A DNA stretch of 64,000 nt, from positions 1,696,001 to 1,760,000 of the forward strand of contig OZ245002.1 of assembly GCA_965223415.1 (NCBI GenBank). Reading direction: 5' to 3'. The DNA comes from Myxococcota bacterium (lineage in GTDB: Bacteria; Myxococcota_A; UBA9160; UBA6930). A program made the position numbers and the translations under genes. The notes under the pieces were generated by a model that worked only from the letters and a program-made list of their open reading frames with translations, had not been told where the DNA came from and did not search any database. This document shows, piece by piece, positions 40,042 through 49,446 of this stretch (positions are counted from its first letter, which is position 1; the number at the start of each line of letters is the position of its first letter).

Positions 40042-41346
40042 ATGCGCGCCCTTCTCCTCCTCGCGCTCCTCGCGAGCGCCTTCTCTACGGCTGTGTCCAG
40101 CGAGCCCGGTGCCGTCTCCGCGGCGGCGCGAGTGCCCGGCAAGATGCAGCTCGCGATCACGAGCCCGGGCTCCGGCAGCCGCGTGGAGTCGAAGATGCAC
40201 ATGGCCGAGATCCGCGGCACGGCGACGGCCGGCACCGACGGCCCGCGCGGCTTCGACGTGATGCTCGTGTTGGACATCTCGAGGTCGACCCAGACCGCCA
40301 GCGGGGCCGACGTGGACGGCGACGGCGAGATCGGCGAGGACCCGCACCAGGGCCTCTACGCGCCGGGCGAGTTCCCGGACGACGTCTACTCGACGGATCC
40401 CGAGGACACGGTCCTCCACGCCGAAGTGCTGGCGGCGCGAACGCTGATCGAGGGCCTCGACCCGGAGCGGGTGCGCGTCGGCCTGATCACCTTCTCGGGG
40501 GAGGTCGATCCGGAGACCGGACAGCGCCGCGCCCCGGAGCAGCGGGACGCCACCCTGAAGGTGCCCCTCACCCGCGATCACGCGCTGCTGCAGCGCGCCC
40601 TCGACGGCGTCCTCACCGAGGGCCCCCATGGCGCGACCAACTTCGCCGCCGGCATCCGGCTCGCCACCCAGGAGCTGGCTGGCATGTCCGGCGCCCGCAG
40701 CCGCCCGGCCGAGCGACACAAGAAGGTGATGCTGTTCCTGACCGACGGCATCCCGAGCTTCCCCTCAGGACGCGCCGACACCCAGGACCCGGAGGACGTC
40801 GAGGCCGCGGTGCGCGCCGCGCGGGTCTCCCAGGCCGCGGGCATCCGCATCAACAGCTTCGCCCTTGGCACCGACGCCCTGGCCCGCCCGAAGGCCGCCA
40901 CCGAGATCGCGGCAGTCACCCTCGGCACCTTCACCCCGGTGATCGAGCCCGGCGGCGTCGTCGCAGCGCTCCAGTCCGTCTCCTTCGCCAACGTGGAAGA
41001 CGTGGGCGTCGTCAACGTCACGACCCAGGAGCACGCGTCCGACGTGCATCTGAACCCGGACGGCAGCTTCGTCGCCTTCGTGCCGGTGAAGGAGGGCCGC
41101 AACCGCGTCATCGTCAACGCCATCGCCTCTGACGGCGGCGAGGTGAACCGAGAGCTCGTCTTCGACTTCGCCATCAAGGAAGCGGAAGACGCGGAGAAGC
41201 TCCGCGAGCTCGAGCGGCTGCGAAAGCTGACGGACGAGCTGAAGCGGTATCACCTGGCGAAGCAGATGGAGCGGGAGCGACTGCGGAAGCGGCGGATGAA
41301 GCAGGTGCTGGACATCGAGGTCCGGGACGGGACCTCCGGCGAGTAG
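40042..41346 (+). CDS. Exported VWA-domain protein
   Basis: Signal peptide; MIDAS DISRS, VGLITF, TNFAAGI, FLTDG. Confidence 0.85.
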   Translation: MRALLLLALLASAFSTAVSSEPGAVSAAARVPGKMQLAITSPGSGSRVESKMHMAEIRGTATAGTDGPRGFDVMLVLDISRSTQTASGADVDGDGEIGEDPHQGLYAPGEFPDDVYSTDPEDTVLHAEVLAARTLIEGLDPERVRVGLITFSGEVDPETGQRRAPEQRDATLKVPLTRDHALLQRALDGVLTEGPHGATNFAAGIRLATQELAGMSGARSRPAERHKKVMLFLTDGIPSFPSGRADTQDPEDVEAAVRAARVSQAAGIRINSFALGTDALARPKAATEIAAVTLGTFTPVIEPGGVVAALQSVSFANVEDVGVVNVTTQEHASDVHLNPDGSFVAFVPVKEGRNRVIVNAIASDGGEVNRELVFDFAIKEAEDAEKLRELERLRKLTDELKRYHLAKQMERERLRKRRMKQVLDIEVRDGTSGE

Positions 41347-41350
41347 GGAC

Positions 41351-41540
41351 GGGGCCGCTTCGCTTCTTGGTGCGCGATCGCGGGGCGGCGGGTGGGGGCG
41401 GCGAGAGAAGGAAATGGTGGAGGCAACGCGAACCGCACCTTGCTGCCCAGCCGCGAGACGGCTCCACCCCTTCCTCTTCTTGGCAGTTCGGCGCCCACCC
41501 CCGGCGACTCCCGAGCCCGCAGAAGGAGCGAAGCGGCCCC
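41351..41540. other. About 190-nt long imperfect hairpin (candidate structured RNA or repeat element)
   Basis: GGGGCCGCTTCGCTTCTT pairs with AAGGAGCGAAGCGGCCCC; inner pairs GGGTGGG/CCCACCC, AGGAA/TTCCT, GGTGGAG/CTCCACC. Confidence 0.45.
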
Positions 41541-41543
41541 AGC

Positions 41544-41572
41544 TTGACCACCCCCCCAACCCCCCGTACCCT
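41544..41572 (+). promoter_or_regulatory. Putative sigma70 promoter upstream of the Met-pathway gene
   Basis: TTGACC-17 bp-TACCCT. Confidence 0.45.
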
Positions 41573-41599
41573 CAAACATTCGAGCACCTCTTTAAACAC

Positions 41600-41672
41600 G
41601 GGTTGATTTCAGGCGCTTGCAGGACCCTCGGCTCGGCCCCACCGGGACCCGCACCCGAATCTGCTAAGTGCC
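41600..41672 (+). ncRNA. Candidate SAM-II-like riboswitch pseudoknot
   Basis: GGGUU-GAUUU...GGCGCUUGCAG-GACCC...CUGCUAAGUGCC, in the SAM-II order, upstream of a transsulfuration gene. Confidence 0.35.
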
Positions 41673-41698
41673 CTCCGCCCTAGAAAGCGGGAAGCCTC

Positions 41699-42886
41699 AT
41701 GGCGAAGCGTCCGGAACGGCCGGGTCCCTCCACCAGGGCCGTCCATGCGGGACAGCGGGAGCGCGGCGAGAGCCACGCCCTCACCCCTCCCATCCACCAG
41801 ACCTCCACCTTCTGGTTCCAGGATTCGGCGGAGCTGCGCGAGTACGCGGAGGGCCGACTCGATCGCGACGAGTACGGCCGCTACAGCAATCCCACCTGGC
41901 GGGTGGTGCAGGACAAGCTCTCGGAGCTGGAGGGTGCTGACGAGACGGTGCTGTTCAGCTCGGGGATGAGCGCGGCGACGAGCACCTTCCTCGCGCTGCT
42001 CCCCCGCGGCGGGCACATCGTCGTCACCAACGATTGCTACCGGCGCACGCGGCAGTTCATCCAGCAGTATCTCTCGAAGCTCGACGTCACCGCGACGGTC
42101 ATCGAGCCTGCCGACACCGCGGCGCTGAAGGACGCGCTGCGCGACGAGACCGTCTTCTTCTTCACCGAGAGCCCGACCAACCCGTACCTGCGAGTGATCG
42201 ACCTGCCGGAAGCCGCGCGCATCTGCCACGAGCGCAGCGTGAAGGTGATCATCGACGGCACCTTCGCCACACCGGTGAACCACCGACCCCTCGAGCAGGG
42301 CGCCGACCTGGTCGTCCACAGCGCGACCAAGTACCTGGCGGGCCACAACGACCTGATCGCCGGAACGGTCTCCGGGCCAGCGGAAGAGATCGCGCCGGTG
42401 CGCGAGGCCTGCGGCGTGCTCGGCGGCATCCTGGATCCCCACGCGTCGTACCTGCTGCTGCGCGGCATGAAGACCCTGGCCCTGCGCATGGAGCGCCACA
42501 ACGCGAACGGCCTGGCGGTGGCCCGCTGGCTCGAAGGGCAGCCCGAGGTGCGGCGCGTGTGGTATCCGGGGCTCGAGAGCCACCCGGACCACGCCGTCGC
42601 CACGCGACTGATGCAGGGCTTCGCGGGCGTCGTCACCTTCGAGATCGAAGGCGACCTCGAGGCGGCCGTCCGCTTCACCGACGCCTGCCGTCTGCCCTAC
42701 ATCGCCCCGAGCCTGGGCGGCGTCGACTCCCTCGTGGAGATGCCCGTGCTGATGTCCTACTGGGACTATCCGGCCGAGGAGCGTCAGGCCTACGGCATCA
42801 CCGATTCGCTGATTCGCCTCGCCTGCGGCATCGAGGACCCGGACGACCTGATCGCGGATCTCGAGCAGGCCCTCGGCACCGTCTAG
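41699..42886 (+). CDS. metB: Cystathionine gamma-synthase-like PLP enzyme (plant-type motifs)
   Basis: YGRYSNPT, FSSGMSA, DCYRRTR, ESPTNP, HSATKYLAGHND, IAPSLGG. Confidence 0.8.
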   Translation: MAKRPERPGPSTRAVHAGQRERGESHALTPPIHQTSTFWFQDSAELREYAEGRLDRDEYGRYSNPTWRVVQDKLSELEGADETVLFSSGMSAATSTFLALLPRGGHIVVTNDCYRRTRQFIQQYLSKLDVTATVIEPADTAALKDALRDETVFFFTESPTNPYLRVIDLPEAARICHERSVKVIIDGTFATPVNHRPLEQGADLVVHSATKYLAGHNDLIAGTVSGPAEEIAPVREACGVLGGILDPHASYLLLRGMKTLALRMERHNANGLAVARWLEGQPEVRRVWYPGLESHPDHAVATRLMQGFAGVVTFEIEGDLEAAVRFTDACRLPYIAPSLGGVDSLVEMPVLMSYWDYPAEERQAYGITDSLIRLACGIEDPDDLIADLEQALGTV

Positions 42887-43407
42887 AGCAGGTCGCCGTC
42901 GAGCGGGGTGGCGTGCTCCATGGCCAGGAGCTTCTTCTTCATGGGCAGGCCGCCCGCATAGCCGCCGAGCTTGCCGCCGGCGGCGACGACGCGGTGGCAG
43001 GGCACGACCAAGGAGATCGGGTTCGCGCCGTTGGCCGTGCCGACGGCCCGCACCGCCTGGGGCTGGCCGATGTCGCGCGCGATGTCCGTGTACGTGCGGG
43101 TCTCGCCGTACGGGACCCTTTGCAGCGCCTCGTAGACGAGGTGTTGGAAGGGCGTCGCGCGGAGATCGAGGGGCAGCTCGAACGCCCTGCGCTTGCCCGC
43201 CAGGTACTCGGTGATCTGCTGGATCGCCCGGCGATTCGGCTCCCAGGCGACGGCCGCCTCCGCCTCCGGCGCGTGGCGGCGGCGCCAGCCCTCCAGGCCG
43301 CGCCCGCCGGCCCGCGGCAGGTGGACGTAGGCCAGGCCCTGCTCGGTGGAGGCGCAGCGCATGACGCCGAAGCGGGTCTCGAACTCCGCGACGTGGAGCT
43401 TCTCCAT
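42883..43407 (-). CDS. ogt: Methylated-DNA--protein-cysteine methyltransferase
   Basis: VPYGETRTY, AVRAVG, NPISLVVPCHRV, LGGYAGG. Confidence 0.93.
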   Translation of the reverse strand: MEKLHVAEFETRFGVMRCASTEQGLAYVHLPRAGGRGLEGWRRRHAPEAEAAVAWEPNRRAIQQITEYLAGKRRAFELPLDLRATPFQHLVYEALQRVPYGETRTYTDIARDIGQPQAVRAVGTANGANPISLVVPCHRVVAAGGKLGGYAGGLPMKKKLLAMEHATPLDGDLL

Positions 43408-43444
43408 CGGGGCGTCACAATAGCAGGGGAACCCGGGAGGAACC

Positions 43445-44428
43445 TTGCCCCATCTACTCGTTTCCGGCGGTGCCGGCTACATCGGCAGCCACACCCTGCG
43501 CGCGCTGCGCAAGGCCGGCCACACGGCGGTGGTGGTCGACGATCTGCGCAGCGGCCGGACCTCCGCGGTCGAGGATGCACCGCTGGTCCGCTGTGACATC
43601 GGCGACCGGGACGGGCTGGATCGCCTCCTCGCGCGCTACGGCCCCTTCGAGGGCGTGCTGCACTTCGCGGCCTCGATCCAAGTCGGTGAGTCCGTGGCCG
43701 ACCCGCTGGCGTACTACCGGAACAACGTTCTGGGAGCGACCCAGCTGATCGAGCGCTCCCTCCACCACGGCGCTCGCGCGTTCGTGCTCTCCTCCACCGC
43801 GGCCGTATACGGGCACCCGGAGCAGCAGCCGATCCCGGAGACCGCGCCTCTCGCGCCGATCAATCCCTACGGGGCCGGGAAGGCCATGGTCGAGCGGATC
43901 CTCGCCGACGTGGAGGCCGCCCACGGCTTGCGCTGGGCCGCCTTGCGCTACTTCAACGCCTGCGGCGCCGACCCGGGCGGCGGCATCGGCGAGTGCCACG
44001 AGCCGGAGACCCATCTGATCCCCCTGGCGCTGGAGGCCGCCGCCGGCCTGCGCCCGGCGCTCCAGCTGTTCGGCACCGACTACCCCACGCCGGACGGCAC
44101 CTGCATTCGCGACTACGTCCACGTGACCGATCTCGCCACCGCCCACGTGGCGGCGATGGAGGGGCTCCTCAGCGGGGGCCCCGGCGGGGCCTTCAACCTC
44201 GGAAGCGGGACCGGGCTCAGCAACCGCGAGGTGCTGGAGGGCATCGGCCGGGTCCTGGGCCTCCCGGTTCCCGTCGAGGACGCGCCGCGGCGCCCGGGCG
44301 ATCCGCCGATCCTCGTCGCCGACGCGACGCGCTTCCGCAACGCCTTCGGCTGGGCGCCGCGCCACTCGGATCTCGACACGATCGTGCGTACGGCGTGGGA
44401 GTGGCTGCGCATCTGGCGAGGGCTCTGA
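43445..44428 (+). CDS. galE: UDP-glucose 4-epimerase
   Basis: GGAGYIGSH, HFAASIQVGES, SSTAAVYG, YGAGK, LRYFN, DGTCIRDYVHV. Confidence 0.95.
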   Translation: MPHLLVSGGAGYIGSHTLRALRKAGHTAVVVDDLRSGRTSAVEDAPLVRCDIGDRDGLDRLLARYGPFEGVLHFAASIQVGESVADPLAYYRNNVLGATQLIERSLHHGARAFVLSSTAAVYGHPEQQPIPETAPLAPINPYGAGKAMVERILADVEAAHGLRWAALRYFNACGADPGGGIGECHEPETHLIPLALEAAAGLRPALQLFGTDYPTPDGTCIRDYVHVTDLATAHVAAMEGLLSGGPGGAFNLGSGTGLSNREVLEGIGRVLGLPVPVEDAPRRPGDPPILVADATRFRNAFGWAPRHSDLDTIVRTAWEWLRIWRGL

Positions 44429-44491
44429 CCGCGCGGAAAGTGCCCTGACCCGGCCCCCACCGTACACTCCGCGGGAGCGGTAGGGGGGACC

Positions 44492-46114
44492 GTGGGCTGG
44501 GACCTGGGGCTGCTGCTGTCGACCGGCCTCTGCGTCGGGATCGCGATCGACAGCCTGGCGCGCCCGCGGCGCCCGGGCCTGACGTCCGTGCTGCTCCTCG
44601 CCGTCTGCGGCGCCCTGTGGAGCGGGGGAGAGCTTCTGCTCCACCACGCGGGCTCGGCGGAGGAGATGCTGGCCCCTCGGCGCATCCTGTTCGCGGGCGT
44701 GTGCGCGCTGGGCCCGGTGCTGCTCTGGACGGCGGGGCACCTCCACGGCCCCAGCCTCCGAAGGCTATGCACCGGGATCGCCGTCGCGGGCGGGATCCTC
44801 GAGCTCGGGCTCTACACATCCTTCTACGGCAGCGACCACGACCTCTTCATCTCCGGCGAACCGGCGAATCCCGCGCGCGGTCCACTCTTCTTCGTCCACG
44901 GCGCCACCCAGTGGGGATTGCTGTCGCTCGGTCTGCTGCTCTTCGCCGCGGCGGCGCAACGGGTTCGGACACGCCGGAGAGCGACAGGCTGGATCGTCGT
45001 CGCGGGAATCTGCTTGCCCCTCCTCGTGAACTGGCTCTACGTGGGCCTCGATCTCGCGCCGCGGGATCCGACTCCGCTGGCCATGGGCGTGACGGCGGCG
45101 ACCCTGCGGTGGGGCGTGCTCGAGATGGTGGGTGCACCGTTCCTCGCGAGCCTCGCGCGCTCCGAGCTCCTCGACCAGCTCGACGCCGCCGTCCTGGTCG
45201 CAGACGGTCGTGGACGCGTCCTGGAGCTGAATCACACGGGACATGAGCTGCTCGGAGGGAGCGACCCGACCGGCGCGGAGCTGGGCTTCCTTCTCGAGCC
45301 CTTCGAGCGGGACCCGGGCTACGACGTGCGCCGCTTCCCGTTGGAGCGCCACGGGCTGCGGGTCGGCGAGGGCGTGATCGTCACCGATCGGCGGCAGGCT
45401 CGAGAGGCGGAACGCCGCACGGACGTGGCGACCCGTCTCGAGGCGCTGGGCCTGCTCTCCCAGGGCCTCGCCCACGAGATCAACAATCCGCTCACCTCCG
45501 TGCTGGTGAGCACCGACTTCCTCGGCGAGCACGTCCGTCGCAGCGTCCGCGACCCCCACCGATGGGAGGAAATGGAGGCCCTGCTGGACACGATCGCCAG
45601 CGAGAGCATGCGCATCGCCGAGATCGTGCGACGGCTCGAGAAGCTCGCCGTCCTGCCTCCGAACGACGGAGCACCGGGTCGTGCGGACGTGTCCGCGGTC
45701 GCCCACCGCGTCGTGGGGCTCACACGCATCGGCAAGGACCGGCGGCGGATCCGGATGGAGCTGCCGAACCCGCCCGTCGAGGCCGCGATCCGGCCCGAGG
45801 AGCTCCTACAGGTGCTCCTGCAGCTGGTCTCGAACGCACTCGAGTCCGACGAGCGCGGGCACCCCGTCGAGGTGCAGGTCGACCCGGACGACGTCCAGGT
45901 CGTCGTCGAGGTTCAGGACCGGGGAACGGGCTTCGCCGACGTCGACCCATCGCGGATCTTCGACCCGTTCTACACGACGAAGCGTCCCGATCGGGGCGTG
46001 GGCCTGGGCCTCTCGCTCTGCTGGGAGATCGCCCGGCAGAACGGCGGCCGGCTGGAGGCCCTCGCGCGAGAAGGCGGCGGCGCCCGCCTCCGCCTGACCC
46101 TCCCCCGAGCCTGA
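44492..46114 (+). CDS. Sensor histidine kinase with a multi-TM (HisKA_7TM-like) input and PAS
   Basis: About 7 hydrophobic segments, LAHEINNPL, DRGTG, FDPFYTTK, GLGL. Confidence 0.9.
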   Translation: MGWDLGLLLSTGLCVGIAIDSLARPRRPGLTSVLLLAVCGALWSGGELLLHHAGSAEEMLAPRRILFAGVCALGPVLLWTAGHLHGPSLRRLCTGIAVAGGILELGLYTSFYGSDHDLFISGEPANPARGPLFFVHGATQWGLLSLGLLLFAAAAQRVRTRRRATGWIVVAGICLPLLVNWLYVGLDLAPRDPTPLAMGVTAATLRWGVLEMVGAPFLASLARSELLDQLDAAVLVADGRGRVLELNHTGHELLGGSDPTGAELGFLLEPFERDPGYDVRRFPLERHGLRVGEGVIVTDRRQAREAERRTDVATRLEALGLLSQGLAHEINNPLTSVLVSTDFLGEHVRRSVRDPHRWEEMEALLDTIASESMRIAEIVRRLEKLAVLPPNDGAPGRADVSAVAHRVVGLTRIGKDRRRIRMELPNPPVEAAIRPEELLQVLLQLVSNALESDERGHPVEVQVDPDDVQVVVEVQDRGTGFADVDPSRIFDPFYTTKRPDRGVGLGLSLCWEIARQNGGRLEALAREGGGARLRLTLPRA

Positions 46115-46149
46115 ACGCAGCAGGGGGACGGCGCCTCCGTTGCGTTCAG
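46111..46149. repeat. Short inverted repeat CTGAACGCA...TGCGTTCAG (family C), possible bidirectional terminator
   Basis: Both convergent TGA stops lie within its arms; the same arms recur at 52009-52036. Confidence 0.55.
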
Positions 46150-47627
46150 TCCATCTCCAGGCGCTTCATCATCTTCTGGAGCGACTGGCGTGGGATGCCG
46201 AGGCGTTCGGCGGCGCGGGTCTTGCTGCCGGCGTCCTCGATCGCCTGGGCGATCATCTGGCGCTTGAGCGTGTCGACGGCGCGGTTCAGGTCGCGCTCCT
46301 GCGGCAGCTGGATGCCGCCGCCTTCGGCTTGCGGCGCCGCCGCCCGCAGGTGCTCCGAGAGCATGCTCTCGGAGATCATCTCCTCCTCGCCGGCGAGAGC
46401 CACCGCCCGCTGGATCTCGTTCTCCAGCTCGCGGACGTTGCCGCTCCAGGCGTGATTCGTGAGCCGGTCCATGGCGGCGTTGGTGAAGCCGGCCAGGTGG
46501 CGGCCCATGCGTTCGTTGGTGACGTCGAGGAAGTGATGGGCGAGGGTCGGGATGTCCTCCCGGCGCTCTCGCAGCGGAGGGAGCTCCACTTCGACCACCC
46601 GCAGCCGGTAGTACAGATCCTCGCGGAAGCGGCCCTCCTGCACCTCGGCGCGCAGGTCACGGTTGGTGGCTGCGATGATGCGCACGTCCACCTTGCGGGT
46701 CTCCGACGAGCCGAGCGGGCGGATCTCGCCGTCCTGCAGCACGCGAAGCAGGCGCACCTGCATGCCCGGCTCGGTCTCGCCGATCTCGTCGAGGAAGATC
46801 GTGCCGCCGTCGGCCAGCTCGAAGAGGCCCTTCTTGTCCTGGTGCGCCCCGGTGAACGCGCCGCGCTTGTGTCCGAAGAGCTCGCTCTCGAGTAGGGTGT
46901 CCGGCAGCGCACCGCAGTTCTGGGCGACGAAGCGATGCTCCTTGCGGGCCCCGGCGTAGTGGATGGCGCGGGCCACCATGTCCTTGCCGGTGCCGGTCTC
47001 ACCGGAGAGGAGAACCGTCGCGTCGGTCTGGGCGACCTTCTCCATCACGTCGAAGACCCGCTGCATGGCCGGGCTCGCCCCGATGATCTGGTCGAAGGCG
47101 TACTGCCGCTCCACCTCGCGGCGCAGGTAGAGGTTCTCGGCGCGCAGCTGCTCGTTGGCGTGGGCCAGGGCCGCGGCGAGCTGGGTGTTCTCGGCGTTGA
47201 GCCGATAGGCCTCGAGGGCGCGCTTCACGTCGAGGCGCAGGTCGTCGGGCTCCCAGGGCTTCTGGATGTACCGATAGATGCGGCCGTCGTTGATGGCACG
47301 GACGATGGAGCTGATGTCCGCATAGCCCGTGAGCATCATGCGGACGCAGGAGGGCCGGATGTCGACGACCCTCTCCAGGAACTCGACGCCGCTCATCTCC
47401 GGCATCACCTGGTCGACGATGACCAGATCGATCTCCTCGTCCCGCATGATGCGAAGGCCGTCCCGCCCATTGTCGACGGCGAAGACGGTGTAGTCCTCGG
47501 AGAGGGTCAGCTCGAGGGACTCGAGGATCGCCACCTCGTCGTCGACGAGCAGCACCTGGAAGGGCTGCTCGTCCTCGCCGGCGCCCTGGCGGGCGCCCTC
47601 GATGCTGGTCGGGGGTTCCGGGACCAC
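46146..47627 (-). CDS. Sigma54-dependent (NtrC-family) response regulator
   Basis: REC (VDDE, D-QVMP), GETGTGK, GAFTGA, FLDEIGE, C-terminal Fis HTH; start codon uncertain. Confidence 0.93.
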   Translation of the reverse strand: MVPEPPTSIEGARQGAGEDEQPFQVLLVDDEVAILESLELTLSEDYTVFAVDNGRDGLRIMRDEEIDLVIVDQVMPEMSGVEFLERVVDIRPSCVRMMLTGYADISSIVRAINDGRIYRYIQKPWEPDDLRLDVKRALEAYRLNAENTQLAAALAHANEQLRAENLYLRREVERQYAFDQIIGASPAMQRVFDVMEKVAQTDATVLLSGETGTGKDMVARAIHYAGARKEHRFVAQNCGALPDTLLESELFGHKRGAFTGAHQDKKGLFELADGGTIFLDEIGETEPGMQVRLLRVLQDGEIRPLGSSETRKVDVRIIAATNRDLRAEVQEGRFREDLYYRLRVVEVELPPLRERREDIPTLAHHFLDVTNERMGRHLAGFTNAAMDRLTNHAWSGNVRELENEIQRAVALAGEEEMISESMLSEHLRAAAPQAEGGGIQLPQERDLNRAVDTLKRQMIAQAIEDAGSKTRAAERLGIPRQSLQKMMKRLEMD

Positions 47628-47675
47628 TGCAGCGCACCCTAGCGGTCCGACCGGGGTGCAGCAAAACGCGGCACC

Positions 47676-47746
47676 CCGAAACGAAAACACCCCGAGGGGC
47701 GTTCCTTCACGCACGAAGGCGGCCGGCCCGAGGGCCGACCGCCTTC
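47676..47746 (-). terminator. Terminator-like hairpins downstream of the histone-like gene
   Basis: GAAGGCGG..CCGCCTTC stem at 47715-47746, then AACGCCCC-TC-GGGGTGTT followed by TTCGTTT on the minus strand. Confidence 0.55.
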
Positions 47747-47768
47747 TCACGGCTGCCGGTGCCGGGTG

Positions 47769-48275
47769 CTAGCGCCGGCGGGCCGTCTTGCGTCGCGCGG
47801 TCTTCCGCGCCGTCTTGCGCCGAGCGGTCTTGCGAGCCGGCTTGCGGGCCGTCTTCTTCCGCGCGGTCTTCCTGCGGGTGGTCTTCTTCCGCGCCGTCTT
47901 CCGGGCGGTCTTCCGCTTGGGCGCCGCCTTGCGCCGGGCGGTCTTCTTGCGGGTCGTCTTCTTGCGCGCCGTCTTCCGCGCCGGCTTGCGGGCGGTCTTG
48001 CGGCGAGCCGTGGTCTTGCGCTTGGCCGTCTTCCGACGGGTCGGGCGCCCGCGCCGCGCCATCTTCGTGCGGGCCACGTCGCCCTGCTTGTCGATGAAGT
48101 ACAGGAAGCCGTCTTCCCGCTCGACGCCGACCTTCACGACCAGCTGCGGCTTGACCCGGGAGGGCTTGCCGCCACCCCGCGCCATCTTGGCCCGGCTCAC
48201 GTGCCCCTTCTTGTCGAGGTAGTAGAGCCAGCCCTTCTCACGCTTGATTCCGGTCCTCGCGACCTTGGTGGCCAT
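47769..48275 (-). CDS. Histone H1-like basic protein with a duplicated N-terminal module and a (K/R)KTAR pentapeptide tail
   Basis: AAGGAGG RBS; GIKREKGWLYYLDKKGHVSRAKMAR and GVEREDGFLYFIDKQGDVARTKMAR; tail RKTARKPARKTARKKTTRK... Confidence 0.8.
   Translation of the reverse strand: MATKVARTGIKREKGWLYYLDKKGHVSRAKMARGGGKPSRVKPQLVVKVGVEREDGFLYFIDKQGDVARTKMARRGRPTRRKTAKRKTTARRKTARKPARKTARKKTTRKKTARRKAAPKRKTARKTARKKTTRRKTARKKTARKPARKTARRKTARKTARRKTARRR
47772..48040 (-). repeat. Degenerate ~15-bp coding repeats (KTARK/KPARK/KTTRK)
   Basis: Recurrent GCGGTCTT/GCCGTCTT units on the plus strand. Confidence 0.75.
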
Positions 48276-48375
48276 GGACCCCTCCTTGTTGGTGTGGTTC
48301 GGATGCCCGCCCGGGGAGAGCGGGGCTCTGGAGGAACCGCACCGCGGCAGGGGGAAGACCGGCGGTACACCGCAG

Positions 48376-48404
48376 AGGATCGGGAGCGCCACCGACGGTG
48401 TCAA
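48376..48404 (-). promoter_or_regulatory. Putative sigma70 promoter of the histone-like gene
   Basis: TTGACA-17 bp-GATCCT on the minus strand. Confidence 0.45.
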
Positions 48405-48483
48405 TAGCGAAATCGAGGGTTTATCGACGGAGTTGCGAGTCGCCCGAGCCCCCCCCCCGGCGAGGGGGTCGGCCCGGATGCGC

Positions 48484-49446
48484 CTACCGCGACTCCGCCA
48501 GCCGCTCCTCGACCCGCTCGATCACCGCCACCTCGTAGCGCGCCCCGTCCAGGGCGTTCATCTCCTGGATGCCCGTCGGGCTGGTGACGTTGATCTCGGT
48601 GAGCTTGCCGCCGATCACGTCGAGACCGACGAAGAACAGGCCGTCGCGCCGGATCCAGGGGGCGACCCGCTCGATGATGGCGCGGTCCGTCGCGTCGAGG
48701 GCGCTCTTTCTGGCCTTGCCGCCGACGTGGAGGTTCGCCCGGATCTCGCCCTCCGGCGGCACGCGCAGCACGGCGCCGAGGGGCTCGCCCTCGAGCATCA
48801 GGATGCGCTTGTCGCCGGTGCGTACGTCGACCAAGAAGCGCTGGCCCATCACGCGGCGGGTACCGAAACGGGTGATCTGCTCGAGGATCGAGTGCAGGTT
48901 CGGATCGCTCCGCGAGACGCGGAAGATGCCCTCGCCGCCTCGGCCGTCCAGGGGCTTCACGATCATCTCGCCGCCGAGCGAATCCATGAATTCGAGCAGC
49001 CACGGGATCTCGTGGGTGACGAGGGTCTCGGCCATCAGGTCGGGGAAGTTCAGCGCGTAGAGCTTCTCGTTGGCCGCGAGGATGCCGGCCGGCCGGTTCA
49101 GCACGGTGGCCTTGCGGCACAGGCCCAGGATCTGGGTGGCGACGATGAACTCGTCGTCCACCGGTGGGTCCTTGCGCTGCCAGACCACGTCGAAAGCCTC
49201 GTCGAGGGCGACGTGCTCAGGCGCACCGGCGCGGAAGTGGTTGCCCCGCTCCCGCCGCATCGTGACGGGCCTCACGGTGGCGACGGCCCCCCGGGCGTCC
49301 ACCCCCAGATCCGCCGGGTCGACGAAGGAGAGGCCGTGGCCCCGTTCCTGGGCGGCCAGCATCAGGGCGAAGGTGGTGTCGCCGTCGATGTCGATGGATT
49401 CCAGGGGATCCATCACGAAGGCCATGCGCAGGGAGGATACAGCCAC
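48484..49446 (-). CDS. gshB: Glutathione synthetase
   Basis: FVMDP, DTTFALM, RKDPP, NEK, KPLDGRGG, GDKRI, RANLHVGG, EINVTSPTG; the start may be ATG 49425. Confidence 0.95.
   Translation of the reverse strand: MAVSSLRMAFVMDPLESIDIDGDTTFALMLAAQERGHGLSFVDPADLGVDARGAVATVRPVTMRRERGNHFRAGAPEHVALDEAFDVVWQRKDPPVDDEFIVATQILGLCRKATVLNRPAGILAANEKLYALNFPDLMAETLVTHEIPWLLEFMDSLGGEMIVKPLDGRGGEGIFRVSRSDPNLHSILEQITRFGTRRVMGQRFLVDVRTGDKRILMLEGEPLGAVLRVPPEGEIRANLHVGGKARKSALDATDRAIIERVAPWIRRDGLFFVGLDVIGGKLTEINVTSPTGIQEMNALDGARYEVAVIERVEERLAESR

Noticed and set aside
35554..40719. 1721-aa minus-strand ORF, and many other long shadow ORFs
   Set aside because: These are antisense open frames typical of high-GC DNA; only the last ~275 codons (from ATG 36381) look like a real protein.
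41414..41445. TGGTGGAGGC resembling the reverse complement of a tRNA or tmRNA 3' end (possible att site)
   Set aside because: There is no proper T-arm or acceptor partner and no integrase nearby; it is better explained as part of the long hairpin.
47655..47680. Sigma54 -24/-12 promoter upstream of the NtrC-type regulator
   Set aside because: The GG-N10-GC spacing is not satisfied.
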